The notes under the pieces are model-generated. The model was not told the origin of the DNA, made no database searches, and saw nothing but the letters and a program-made list of their open reading frames with translations. The position numbers were made by a program, and so were the translations under genes. A stretch of 52,247 bases of DNA, counting the filler, from Sphacelaria rigidula (lineage: Eukaryota), in assembly GCA_964200075.2 (NCBI GenBank). It is 3 parts of 3 records of this genome, joined end to end, with 100 filler letters (N's around TTAATTAATTAA, not from the genome) between each part and the next. Parts side by side here need not be neighbours in the genome. Positions count along the whole stretch, not along the records: positions 1 to 17,353 come from CAXNAA020001102.1; 2 more parts are not named here. One strand, given 5' to 3'. Positions 1-13,400 of this stretch are shown in pieces; the stretch's first letter is position 1, and every line of letters begins with the position of its first letter.

Positions 1-720
1 TGTGATCTCTGTGCTGCTAGCTGAGGCGCCGGCGCGGCCGGAGCGCGGGACGCGGCGCGCCCACGTATTCTGTTTTGGTGTGGTATTCGAAGGGGCAATC
101 ACACGCAAAACACCAACGTCATTCTTGACTGCGGTACAGACCATACACAGCCAACACAAGACAACTGCACCCCGTAACGGTTAATACTTTGAAAGCCCCG
201 ACATCCTTCGATGCATTTGAGGAGCTGTTCCGAACGCATACATCTTGAGGTTATCTGTTGCCTCAACCACCCAACGCTCAAGAAAAAAAAATGTCCTTCC
301 CGCCAAGGATCCATAAGTCATGTAAGGCGCACGTTTTACCCTCCTTATTTTTCCTTACCTGGACACACCCAGCAACAACGGGGCACGCGGACGAGCCGCA
401 CAGAGCAGGACGTACAACATAGAAGCAAGCAAGCAAGCAGGCAAGCAAGCACATGGCTGAGACTGTACGGACCGTAGATGCATGGGAGAAGACAGAAAAT
501 ACCCGCGAGACATGGGAGACGCAAGAACAAAAAGCATCGAAAACAAAAGAGAATGAAAGAAAACATCGCCACCTTGCGGTCAGATGATTTTCGTGAACAA
601 ACAGGCATCAACGCAGAACTATGGAAAAGGACTCTACTATCTCTTATTTTTCCTTTTCCGCACATTTTCCTCCATGAGCGGGTTGGCTACCTCTCTAAGG
701 AATCAACACGATACAACGAA

Positions 721-816
721 CCCACCCCCCCCCCCCCCCCCCCCCCCCCCCCACCACCACATACCCCCCACACCACGCCACCACCAGCCCCCCGACCCCA
801 CNNNNNNNNNCCCCCC
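721..816. repeat. Poly-C / C-rich low-complexity tract with a short N gap
   Basis: Long C homopolymer; N at 802-810. Confidence 0.9.
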
Positions 817-1431
817 GAGTAGCAAGACTGCTACAGTTCGCACTACATCCCGCACGGTGCACACAAAAAAAGACAGGGAAATCCCCTTTGAATTGCCGCC
901 GCTCGGTGTACCATCACGTGCCGAATTGCCCTTCAAGACATCAAAATCCCGGAACCTATTTCAATTAACACACGGAGCAGCAAATGCCAGAAATAATGCA
1001 TAATCGCCGCCCCAGGCTTCCCCCCCCCCCCCCCCCCTTCAAAACTACCACTAGATGGAACTCAGCACATACCCTCTACCCCCCACCCGACCCCCACCTC
1101 CGACGAACAACCTCTGTACGAAACATCCCAAGTTCGCTCACGACGCCGACAACGCTGTGCGCCAGGCTAGCTTAAGCCGAATCGAGGGAAAGAAAGAAAA
1201 CAAAAGTCAGTAAAAAATTTCCTCCACAGTTTTTTAAATCACCAAAAGTGTGTGCACTACCACCCTCACGATGACCGGAATTGAATCACGACTCCTCTTC
1301 GAACACGAACCGGTTCAAAATAATCAGATCCGGTCGGTTCCGATTCGATCAGATCCAATATCACATCCAACTCTCCGGTCCACACCGACCTCCGCTCGCA
1401 CGCGCACAACCGCGAACCTTCGCGCGAAAAT

Positions 1432-1596
1432 TCAGGTATATCCGCTTTCGAACGCGTGCCACCATTCTTCCGGTTGTTCACTGTCGCCCGGCAGCAGAAC
1501 CGCCCGTTCTACATCTTCTGTTCCGATGATGTTGCAAGATTCTCGAGCTGCGGCCTCCCAGGCCAGAGTATGAATTCGCTGCAGGCTGTCCGTTCC
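1432..1596 (-). CDS. Phosphatase terminal exon
   Basis: tttcag|GTDSLQRIHTLAWEAAARESCNIIGTEDVERAVLLPGDSEQPEEWWHAFESGYT-TGA; ending resembles the gelsolin ExxEFW motif. Confidence 0.8.
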   Translation of the reverse strand, partial: GTDSLQRIHTLAWEAAARESCNIIGTEDVERAVLLPGDSEQPEEWWHAFESGYT

Positions 1597-4389
1597 CTGA
1601 AAGACACAGAGCAATTTGTTTCAGGGCCACAAAGGTGAGCGGGCTTAGGAGGGGCTGGGGGGTTGAGGGGTTGGGGGAATAAGAGGAGGATGTACTGCAC
1701 GCGTCATACCGTGAAAGCGACCATGGTCCATAAATCACAACAGCCAGTGAGCCTGCAAACATGGCCTGTGATCGGCATCAGTTGGTGATGCAGCGAAGAC
1801 GAATTCCAATTGTTTCGTGTCTCGCGTACACACGTAGATACGTTAGTACATACGTAGATACACGCGCGCACATGAATACATCGCTCCAGAACTCAACCTT
1901 TTGGGCCATGTGGGTCTGTCCACATAGTCAGTCGAGATGCGAAAAAAAAAATGTTATGTGGATAGCAAGCACGTTCCTGGCGTTCTTGGCATTCCGAAAC
2001 TCCAGTCCCCAACACACACCCACGAGAAGTTATCCCCCACGACCAACACCTTGCTACGAGCGGGTCCAGCCTAGAAACGAATATAAGCTTTCAAAAGCAG
2101 TATCTCCTCGACACAGACGAGTTGGGCCGTGATCCGGATATCGCAGTAAGTGTCTGATCAAGGAGAAAAGGGCAATCTGTTCAAAAGTCTGGGTCGATCT
2201 CGTCTTCTCGTTGACTAAACGCCATGTCGAGTGATCCCTATACCGCACTACAGAGAAAGAGTCCACACTCACTTCCATATGACTCTCGAACGATCTGTAC
2301 AGCAGATGACGACTTTTGGTGTGAACATTCCCTGGAGCACGGGGAAACGATCGATACCCTCACCTTCACCTAATTCGTAAGAAATTGAGATATGGCGCGC
2401 ATGAGACTCCAGGGGCACTAAATCTGGGTTTCGCGTCTCATTTTTTGAGAGGTGTGTTTTCAGATTCGTAAGGAGAATTGCTAGCGCATAATGAAAAAAA
2501 AAAAATCAGCTTCTTGGATTTTTCTCGTTGATTTTCCTTGTTTCTAGAAGCGTCTTGAGGCTTCTTCTCATGTACCAAAAATACCCCTTGTTGAAAAGTG
2601 CATCTTTGGTCCTTCTCCGTCGTTTTTCCCCGGAAAAGAGGGCGAGACGGAAGTAGACTCCTTGGAATGGCTTGCTCTACTCGTTAGGACCCTCCCAGAC
2701 TACCTTCACGTTTTCCGTAGGTCGCAGTTTAGTTTTTTGCCAAAGTCGCATTTTCAACGACAAACGGTCAAGTAGTTGAAAAAATGTTAGTTTCCCCCCT
2801 GTTGTTTGATAACTTGACTGTTTGCTACTGAAAATGCAAGTTTGGTCAAAAACAAAATTGTGATCTACGGAAGACGCAAAGGTGCTCTGGAAGGGTCTCA
2901 ACGAGTAGAGCAAGTCATTCCAAGGTGTCTACATCCGCGAAGCCCTCTTTTCGGGGCGAAAACGACGGAGAAGGGCCACAAATGCACTTTTGAACGAGTT
3001 TTATTATTTTATACATGAGAAGTAGCTTGAGGAAAAATCGACATCGTTCTTGATCCTCACCTCAGTTTTTCAGCTCAATTTTTGCAAATGTGATTTGAAA
3101 CTTTGCATGGATAATTTACCGCGGCATGTTGAAAAACAAAAGTGGACCTTCGCTCCTTTTCCGGAGAGTCAAGGGCGTTCTCGTGGAAAACTAGTCTTTA
3201 CTATACTGGAACTTCCTAAACTCATCAAGAAAATGAAAAAATAAACCTGTGCCATTCTTTGTTCATAATGCCCTAGCGATATCCTACACAAAATTTCAAA
3301 TACACAAGTACCAACCAACACTGGGCTGGTGAGTGGATTACAAAATACTGTTCCGAATTTCGACCGACCCGGTTTCTAAATCGCACCTTCTAAGCTCCAT
3401 TTTGAGAGTCGGAGTTTCAAACTTGATACGGAGAGTAAGTAGGACATTATGAAAGAAATCTGGACGACGAGTTTTTTTCATGATTTGATCGCATTTCAAT
3501 AAAACTGGATACTGATTATTGCCCTCAACTCATGAAAACAAAATCATCTTCCCGAATTTTTTGTCATGCCCCATACATTCTCCGTGCCAAATTTGAAAGT
3601 GCAACTCTTAGAATTGAGGTGAAGCGGGGCCTGCGACCTACAATGTCGCGTCTAGGCCGGACGTGCTCGTATCTGCCTGGTCCGCAAGAGGGGAACTCAC
3701 TCTCAGTATAGGACCATCACTCACCAACCTGTACGTGCTCCACAATACGCTCACGAACCCAGACTCTACAACTAGAACAGCAACACAGCGACACAGCGCT
3801 CACAGGAGGTCACTCTTGCTTGCGAACATGGTGTTCTTGTTCTGTAGTCAGCCGCCCCCAGTTACGTAAGATTTGTTGCACTCGTGTTGGGTGTACAGCT
3901 GTCATCCTCAACAGCAGCTGCACACGTCATGGAGTCCCTTCACACCACCGTGGTGGCAACGTTGGGCATTATGATGTCGTGGCATGCCTAACAGTTGTGC
4001 GAAAACAAGGCCATCCCGATTTCTCAGGGAACCATCCCCGGTGGTCGTTAGTCAGCCGTATCCAGGCAAGGTTCTCCACGAGTATCGAACTGTACTATCC
4101 CTCAATACCCCTCTACACCCCGCCGCCCGCCGTCGACCAGCAATTACCTGTCCATGTACGGCTGCGAACTCTTCGCCAACCCAAAGGTAACTTTTCCCGT
4201 GGGGCGGCACGAGCAAAAAGCAGCACTGGGGCAGAAGATCCTGGTTGCAGGAAATGACCAAGCGATAGGAGGGGATGGACAGACGGAGGCGGGAGGGGAG
4301 GGGGGGGGGGGGGGGGGGGGGGGGNNNNNNNNNNAGGGTAGGAAGGGACGGCAAGGGGGAAAAGAGCGGGGGGGGAGGGGGGGGGGGGG

Positions 4390-4436
<47 letters not shown>

Positions 4437-7400
4437 CGTGAAATGCTCAGAACCAATCCAGAGGAAAGTGGTCCGAGAGTGGTGCTTAGTCAGGAGAAAG
4501 ACGGTTGATTGCACAAACGAGAGGGGGGGAGAGTCAAAGCGTGTGTTACACGACCTCGCACACTCGTCATGGGCTCATACGTGAATAAAAAATGGCAAGC
4601 AATGTGTGGATTCCTGCGATATGTTGAAATCAAAGGAACGTTCAAATGGCGCTTGCCGCTTCCAGCGACACTTCGAAGTGACCCCTTCGTGCAAGCAGTG
4701 GCTCCAAACGACCCCACGAAATACTGGAGGCATTTGCAGTGACGTACGTACAGGTGTAGAATCTGGTACGACGCCTACATGCAAGAGAAAATGGCCCAAG
4801 ATTCTGGGGAAAGGGATATGGGAATGAAACCGAATCTGGCTTTGAATGGATGTAACTCGCCCGTAGCCCAGCAAACGCACCAAACGCGAGTGAGGACAGC
4901 AACACTCGGTTGTAGCGAGAGCTACACGGCGAATTACCCTTTATCCACACGATAGTCGCGCCACGGTGGTGTAATGGTCCAATTGTCACTATTAGGATGG
5001 AGAGAACGAGAGTTCGATTCCCGATGCGTTGGGGTTCTTCTTCGTGACGTCTGATTTCCAGCGTGGGAAGCGTGAAAACGTGAGTAAACAGAGTAGTCGA
5101 CTGAGTTTGTTTGACGTGAGTTGACGCGGTGCGGGAGTGCTGATAGTCATGATCCAATCCGCGAGACCAAAATGAAAGGCGTGTTCCGGGGGAGAGATGG
5201 GTTGATCCCTTGAGATCACAGACTCATCCCGAGGAAGGGGAGGGGTTCGAAGTGGGACAAAAAAATAAAAATATAAAGAGATGTGAAGCTTCCGGTTTCT
5301 CGGTGCGCTCAGAGAGTTTCTTGGTTTCTTGGCTCGTGGCTTTCACCACGCGCAGAGCAAACGCTCAACACATGCATGAGTGAAACGATCGTGGTTTGGT
5401 CGGCTTTTCCTCTCTCAACGAAAGGTGGGCGTCTTTCAGTGTGCGCCTTGCCTTTCATGACGTATAGTAAAACCAGTGTGGGCTGAGCAGTACATGACGA
5501 AAATATCGTTGTGCCTACATTTGTTCAGGAGCAGCTTTCAGCATGAAACTCACAACCGACGGCGGGTCTTTTTCTTGCAGTTACACTCTCCACACAGATC
5601 AAACGTCAAACCAAACACGACCGCCGGTTCAACAGCAGCAGGGTAACCACGCCCACATCAGCAGCATGATATGTTTTTCAAAGCACATCGAAATCAGTGA
5701 AAACACGCGCACCTGGTCGTCGAAGATCGCAAGCTCGCTCCACAGCAGCTCACTTCCACCCTGCCCCACCCCCAGCTCATCCGACAACTCAAACAATCGC
5801 GGCGTTGATCGTTGCTGCTCTCTGCGCTGTGGAAGCCCGACCCCGGCCCCTACCCCCCTCGCCGCCCCCTCCGCCTCCACCGTCCCACCCCCTAGCCTGC
5901 TGCTGCTCGCTGCCGCTTCATCTCGAACGTGCGCGATCGCCGACGCAGACGGTTGCTCCGCGGCGCCCGCAGACCTCAATCCCATCAACACATACTCATC
6001 CCCCTCGTCCACATCTTCACACGCCGAACTCACAGAGCACCGTGGTAACCGCCGCATGCCCCCGGGCGTCGGCAGCTGCCCGCTGCCTCCTCTCCCACGG
6101 GGTGTAGCGCCGCCGCTGCGGGCAAACCCTCCCCCTCCATCTCCACCACCACCGCTAACCTCCCCAGGAATACACAAGCTCAGTGCGGCCGGCGACGCCG
6201 CCGCGGACCCAGCGGGCGAAACAGACGACATATTGATACTCACATCCCCGGTGCACATTCTCCCGCCCCCTGCGAGAAAAATGCCGCACATATCCCCGCC
6301 CGCGGGGGAAATACCGCACATCTCCCTGCCCCCTGCAGGAGAAACACCACACAATCCCCCACCCCCCACGGGAGAAATGCCGCACATCCCCTCCCCCCCA
6401 GCCGGAGATACCCCGCCCATCCTGCTCTCGATGTCTCTGCCTGCCGGCGACACACCAATCCCGTACGGTGACGGCGAGAAACCTAGCCCTTCTCCCCCTG
6501 GTGATGGGCTGGGTCCTGCTGGAGAAAGGGTTGGGGGTTCTGCCGGCGACGGCAACGGCTGGTGGGAGTTGCGAGGCGTGCGGGATAATTGTCCTGCCGC
6601 AGAGTACGATGACGGGAGCGTATGGTGGAACAACGAACCCGGTCCGTTGCGCGCGGCTGTAGCAGGTGGAGATGGTGCTGACAGGTCCCCGTAGACTGGG
6701 GGCTGCGGCGTTATATTACGACATAGACGAAGGGAGAGAGTCGTGGGGATCAGGTACACATTCTAAAATATATGGTGTTGGGTGTGCGTTTCAGTGTCAT
6801 ATTCCTTCGGTCCACGCGATTATGATAGTGAGGTAAACTTGTACAGGCACTCGGCCCAACATCACTAGCATCGGCTACACAGCCGAGTACAATCGGCACA
6901 ATAAAATATAAGAATAAGAAAAAAATGAGAAAAATGAGAAAAATGAGAAAAATTAAAGTTGAAATAAAATAAAAATAAAAATAATGAAAATAAAAATAAA
7001 AATCAGCACCAGCAATATGGCAACAGTCACTCGGACAAGGCCTACCGTATCGCGGCAATACTACACAAGCGGAGACTACAGTCGATGATCCAATCAATCG
7101 TAGATTCAAAAAGGGACTCCGCCAGCAGTAGCCACGCCGGCCGTAATCTCGAACAAAAAAAGGCACTGCCACGAGGGTGTCACGCAGCAAGACCAGAGCC
7201 AACCGACTGACCTTTCGCTCCTCGTTCTCCCCCTGCTCAAGATACCGTATCAGCTCCGGCGGTTCGCTCCCCTCCTCTACAACTAAAGCGTTCGTTCTCG
7301 ACCCCCAGCCCTCATAGTCTCGAAGCCAGCGGGCCCCTTGCTTAGCAAGCTCCAGCATTTGTGCTGATAAGAAGCGGGGACGGGTGTAGAGAAATAAGAG

Positions 7401-10400
7401 AAATATTGTGAAATCACAGCAAAATACTTTGGCATATGCCATGTCATGCAAAGTGAAGGGTTTTTTGTTTGCTAAGATGGTACAAGTAAAACAGACAGCG
7501 CAGTGTCCTCGTCAACTTTGAAAGCGTCAGTGCCCCCCGTGCGCGTACTGCATCCCACTTTTGTACAAAAAAAAAGAAGTAGGGAACAGCCTACAACTAC
7601 CACGCCCTACACAGAGCTTCTGGTGAGTTCAAAAAGTATTTGCGTAGATTTACGCCCTTGACCGCTTAGAATTTGCAGTTGGACGTTCAGTACAATTGCA
7701 TCATCGGAAAAAAATAATAGCGCCACGTGGGCTGTGGCAAAATTAAACGAAGATGAACAGCCCTTGCGGTTTGAGATCGCTCGCGTCAGGGTTGTGCAAA
7801 GAGATTCGAGAAGCAGACACCTGGGCCGACTATAACGACCCGTGCTATGGTCTGCATGTAAAAACGCGGATGTGTACACGGTCTTCTGATTCAGTATTGG
7901 TTAAAACTACAAGAGCGTAGCCAAGACCCATCTCGGCAAGAAAATGAAACAGCGAACGAATTTTAGGTACTGCGTTACGCCACTCATATTTCGCAAACGC
8001 GAACATACGCGCACACACACTCACACAACTCGACACCGACAAACCCGCCCAGTGAACCACAGCACACACACTCAAAATACGTTTCTTAAACGCTGGGCAA
8101 ATCATTGAAGTCTGCGCCACCAGCCTCGCTACATCCTAAAACAAAACAGAAAAACACGATGCAACAAAGCACCAAAAATAGTTTTCATCAAGCAGAAATA
8201 TCGTTACTCACGACTGCTCTCAGACCCTCGCCACACGTAAACCTTGACTCCCTTCGCCGCTGCCGCCACCGACTTCGCCGCCGCGCCTAAGGACCCTTCC
8301 TCTGCTCGCCCTCCACCCCCCGCAACCGCGCCACCGCTGACCGATCCCTTCGCCGCTTGCCTAACGCACAGTGACGAACCTCGAAACCCCGACACCATCG
8401 CTGCGCCAACTTCAAGCGTCTTGGCGGCTCGCGCGGCCTCTCCAGCGGCCGCCGCCGCGGAGCTCCCGGGTACCGGCGCAAGCGCTGATGTCTTAGGGGC
8501 CGCCGATATCTTAGGCGGTAACAGACGTGAGTCGTGCGCCGCTGACGGCGCGGCATCGGCTGTCGCTGCAGCTGTCGCGGGCGCCACCGCTATCGCAGCG
8601 GAAGGGAGCAGCAACCCCGCCGTCGCTGCTTCGTTCGCGTTCGCTGTCGTCTCCCTTCTCGGAAGGACAGCACCGTGCTGCATAAACCGCGGCTGCTGCT
8701 GCTGCTGCGTTTGCGGCGGCAGCGGCATGGTGTCCATGTCACAGACATCACCGCCGTTGGCCAGATCAGACGGGATGCCCTTGATCGCGGAAGCCGCAAC
8801 GATGCTGCAGACGTCTTCCATTTCGTCATCATCGATGCCATCCACGACCCCCGACGGCGAAACGCTTCGGTACGGATCTTTCGGCGTCTCTCCACTTCCC
8901 ACCTCCGCCTGGTTCCCCTCCAACACCGCCAGCTCCGCTGGCGGCGGTGTCGGTGTTGTTGGTCGGCTTGGTCGCTGCAACGGCGGCGCGGGAGGAACCA
9001 CGATGACGTAGCAACCTCTGGAGTCGAGGGCAGCGAGCGACGGACGGACGTGTTTTCGGTCCTCCTCGTGCATGCATAGCTTTAGAACCACGTCGTGCGG
9101 GAAGTTGGGCACGTGCCACGCCGTGCGGTACATGAGGGGCGCAGCCGGCGGCTGAGGACGGAGACAGACGAGGCAAGAAAAACGGACACGAAAGAAACGA
9201 GTGACGAGCGCTTCAGGAAGTGTATAGCCGTGGGTGTCTGTGAATGCTGCTGCTGCTGCTGCTGCTTCCATAACGGGCAGTGGCCAGGAGCAGTTGTTAT
9301 CGTGATTTTTGGGCACCTGGCCGCACGGTGGTCATCGACATTTTTCTCACGCAAATCCAGCTGAAATTGGTCGTCATGGATGGTCTGTAGTCTTCGACCT
9401 ACCAAACACTTCTTTACTGTTTACTGACGGCAGCGAATGGGGCAGAAAGTACAGCTGTGCTTGTTCGTGGCGGTGGGCCATCGTGCAGGGTGACATGTGT
9501 TGTCGTTGGCGTAAGGTATACTTCAAAGGAGTAGACCTCAAAATACTGTTATTTGGCACAATGGGAGCATCATCTGTGCACACAACCACGCACACGTGAT
9601 GAATGTCAAGTTCCGACCGAGTGGCCAATACTGCAACGGCCATTTCGAAGCTAACAACACATCATCCTCCCACCTGCCGTCTCAACAGTGGGCACCAAAA
9701 GAGATGGCAAGGACCGAACCAAGGCTAGGGCCGGGGCCAGCACCGACAAGTTGTCGGCAAAAAAATAGTACGTAGACCACGCCACCGTAGGCCACAACCC
9801 GGTGCAGGCCAGCTCTGCCGGGTTACTGGAAATACTATGCTCGTACACATGGCTCAACATACGACACCTTTGCAAGCAAGTCTTCGTTCGGCAATCATGA
9901 AAACCACGGGGACGGCGTCAGGATTTTTTACCGAAACAAAAAAAATGAGATTCGACCAAAGACGTTGTAGTGGTATGCAAAAAACAAGAGGCTGCGCCAC
10001 AGCACTCTTTCGACGTTGACTGACTGACCCATGATCTTCCCGGTTCTACCACCGGGGGGGGGAACAGTCATAGCACGAGTCGAATGTGATCATGAGAAAA
10101 GCAAAATTCATATCGGTGAAAGCGTGCCCGAGTTCAAGCATTACAATCGACATGTTTTTGCACCGACGACAAACGGGTCCTGACAAAAGCGACGTGAAAG
10201 CAATGACAAAGCAGTCCATTACATACGTGGCGAGAAAAAAAAAGAGCACGAGAAAGTGGGGAGCAACAAAGAAAACATCAAGCACCCCAGCTCACACACC
10301 TGTCTCCTCCTTTTTTCCCACTCCAGCAAGCTGCAGATGAACCCCGTATTCGGCGCGCATATCGGCCGCCCTTTTCTTACGCGCTGGTAAGCCTCTTCGT

Positions 10401-13400
10401 AGTCCATGCTGGTGGTTAACATTAGCCATGCGATGGCCAACGTGCACGACCTGCACACATTCGCGTAGCACACGATGGGGCCCCCACGGGAGGCAACAAC
10501 AACGGCCGAACACACCGAACAAACACGGAGGGAAAAATTCGATGCGATTCACCGACCGCTTTCCTATTTGAAGCTGTGGGGAAATCATGCGGCAGCTAGG
10601 TTTCAAATCCAGCGCGCGGGAGTGCAGCCGGAGGCGAGGGGGAGGGAGGGGCTAGGCTTACAAGCTGCCCTCGTTGCCACTGTGCTCCAAAGATATGAGA
10701 GTACATGTGGTCTGACCTGGGGCGAACCACCAGTGTTCATAATAACTCAAGTATCAGCCAAGATCGAAGAGAACTTTGTCCGCTCCAATTTGTAGCTCAC
10801 TACAAGGGAGGAAGTACCCCCGGGAACAAGGACTGAGCTGTTTCCGACAGACACGAGGAAGGCCGCATGGAACATGACGTCCAATTAGGGACAAGGAGTA
10901 AAAACAGAAACTATGCACACGTCGAGCGTTATCATCGCAATATGTGTGTGCTCAGGCGTCGAATAGTTGAGCGGATTTCACACCCTGGACAACAGATCAC
11001 CATCAAAACGTGTACTGCGTACAGTGTCAAGTATTGCGTCTGTTGCGATATACAATAGATTTCATACTGTACGCGGTATAATTATTGACAACGTAGTCTA
11101 TTGCACAGACGGATTTAGCCTGCCTGGATGACGACTCACCGACTTCAACAGAATATTCACCCCAAGTACCTTCGTGTTTCAAGGCGTCGAGTGACACCAA
11201 CACTATACCAGCAGGAACACTAGTAGGGCCGGTACGCACGAGGCTCTACAAATACTAAACCGCCTTCGCTGCATACGGCACACCGTACGCTACTGTTGCT
11301 CCTCTGCACCGCAACAGAGCTGCTGAACCGCACCAACGACACTCCTCCTGGATACAGTACAACACCCCATGATTTTGCCGGCATACGAGCTGCGGCTATG
11401 TCAGCAGAGCGATGGCGTGGAAATGACAGACATGGAATCAAGTTAGCGATGCTCACCAGGCATGACCTGGCATCGATATTTCATCTACAGCCCACGTTCA
11501 CAATCATGTGCCGCCAACTTCAACACACCATACAAAGAGAGATAGATCCAGGGATGACGGCATGAGAAACTAGTGATACACGTGAAAATAATTAAAGAAG
11601 TACTGCATACCACACAGAAGCGTGTGATACGTGCGGCTGTACTGCAAGCTAACTGGGCATCATTCTACACGCGTATATACACATCCACACACGCGAAAAA
11701 GTGATGAGCACTCAAACAAACTTCACGACCCCGCAACACCGGTCACAACTTACCGCTTCATCAGGCCTCCACTCGCTATACATCAAAAATTTCATCATAT
11801 TAGGTCACTTGAAGTGTGGCGCCGTCAGATACACATGTAAATCCCCAGGCTAAGTGAGTTACGGAAGCACATCCCGTCCTTCCATCTTCGATTTCTCCCA
11901 CCTGGACACCCCCTGCACGCAGTGTATGAGAACCCTTCCCTTCTTCGCCTTTGCAGCTGCAATGAAGTCAAACGCGCTGTAAATGAACCACGCCACATCC
12001 TCCGTACGGTGGTCGTAGAAGTTGAGCCGCAGGAAATCGAATCGTCCGGTCTTTCCACGAATAAGAGAGCGGAGGAAAAAAAGAAGAATGGATTGTTAAT
12101 TAACGCTTCACCATGCGTGCGACGACGCTTCCGGGGTCTTCATTGAGCAAGTACTTGAACATCGACTAGACCCTCTGAGCGCCCGTCCGTAGGGACAGCT
12201 CCCGTGCGTCTGGGAGCGGTCGCTATTCATCAGGGGAAAATAAACCCCGACCCGGCGGATGATGAAAAAAAAGCAGACGTACCCGTGCATCAATGAAAGT
12301 GACAACAAGCCTCCTTGACCTTGGCGCAAGCGGGCTATGATACCGTAGAACAGGGCACGCTTGTGGTCCAACGCAACAAACTGCCTGCACAACCGATAAG
12401 CACAGATAGTTAGTTACAAGGCGATCACCCGAGCCCCTACACAAAAACGAGTCGGGTCGTTTCAACGGTCGGGAACCTGCTACTGAAAGAATGAATCATC
12501 GACTCGCACACCTTTTCTTCACTGATTCAATTCACATGAGGCACTGAAGAAGGGAGCTGTGAACGCTATCCCTACAAGATGAAAGCTCATCAACTTTGGG
12601 GAACGGATGCCTCACCGCAACGCAAAGCAACACAAAAATAAAAACGAGTGCGGGATCTCATGAGACGGGCTCAGCAATATGGGGAAGCTGGACTCGTCTA
12701 GCGAACTTGTCTAGAACGGTTATTAATAGACGGATATCAGCAACATCATCCGCACAAAAACGCCGGTTCAAGACCATGGCATTGCGGGTATCTTGACGTT
12801 TCGTCAGTACTCCGCCCTGTTCCGAGTTCAAGCACCGTACACACTGCAATAAACTGAAACATAGTCGGTTCTTGGAGAAATCCCGTACATCAAAGTCTCG
12901 AATCAGGCTCGTGGCGTGTGTGAGCCCCTCTCGCGCTCAACGACGCATAGCCTGCACCACAGACCATCATAGTGGAAAAAATCTGGGCACCGCCCCGGAT
13001 ATCTTACGGCGTAATCTGCATGGGCAAGGTGAGCCACGGTATTTGTCGACTTGATCGATCTATTGATGGATTGATTGTCGCACCCAAACCAACTGATCCG
13101 CTACAAATCTAGCCGTGACCACACGATAAATGCTAAGACCATAATCCAAATCACAACCAAAGTCGGAAGGAATAAGAAACTGAAAGTCAACATTGAGAAC
13201 GAGGATTGCTCATGAAAATTGGAGAGTAATGAAGAGTGAAAATAGTAAAATCAAAATAGTAACGAGGAGTGGATGAAGGGAATAAGTCGCTGGAGGACTC
13301 TCCACAAAAGGGGGGGAGATGAACAAGAAGAAGGGGAAAACTACCCAAGTTAAGCAAGTGTTTTGTTTAGGTCCGTCCTCGAGGATGGAGATACTTTTCG

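Noticed and set aside
478..1175. Poly-Pro/poly-Gly ORFs (also 4052-4514)
   Set aside because: Translations of C/G homopolymers, several spanning N gaps; only 4148-4240 is a real exon.
5543..6694. 383-aa plus-strand ORF
   Set aside because: Antisense shadow of the GC-rich phosphatase exon 5713-6702.
8244..9011. 255-aa plus-strand Ala-rich ORF
   Set aside because: Antisense shadow of phosphatase exon 8212-9151.
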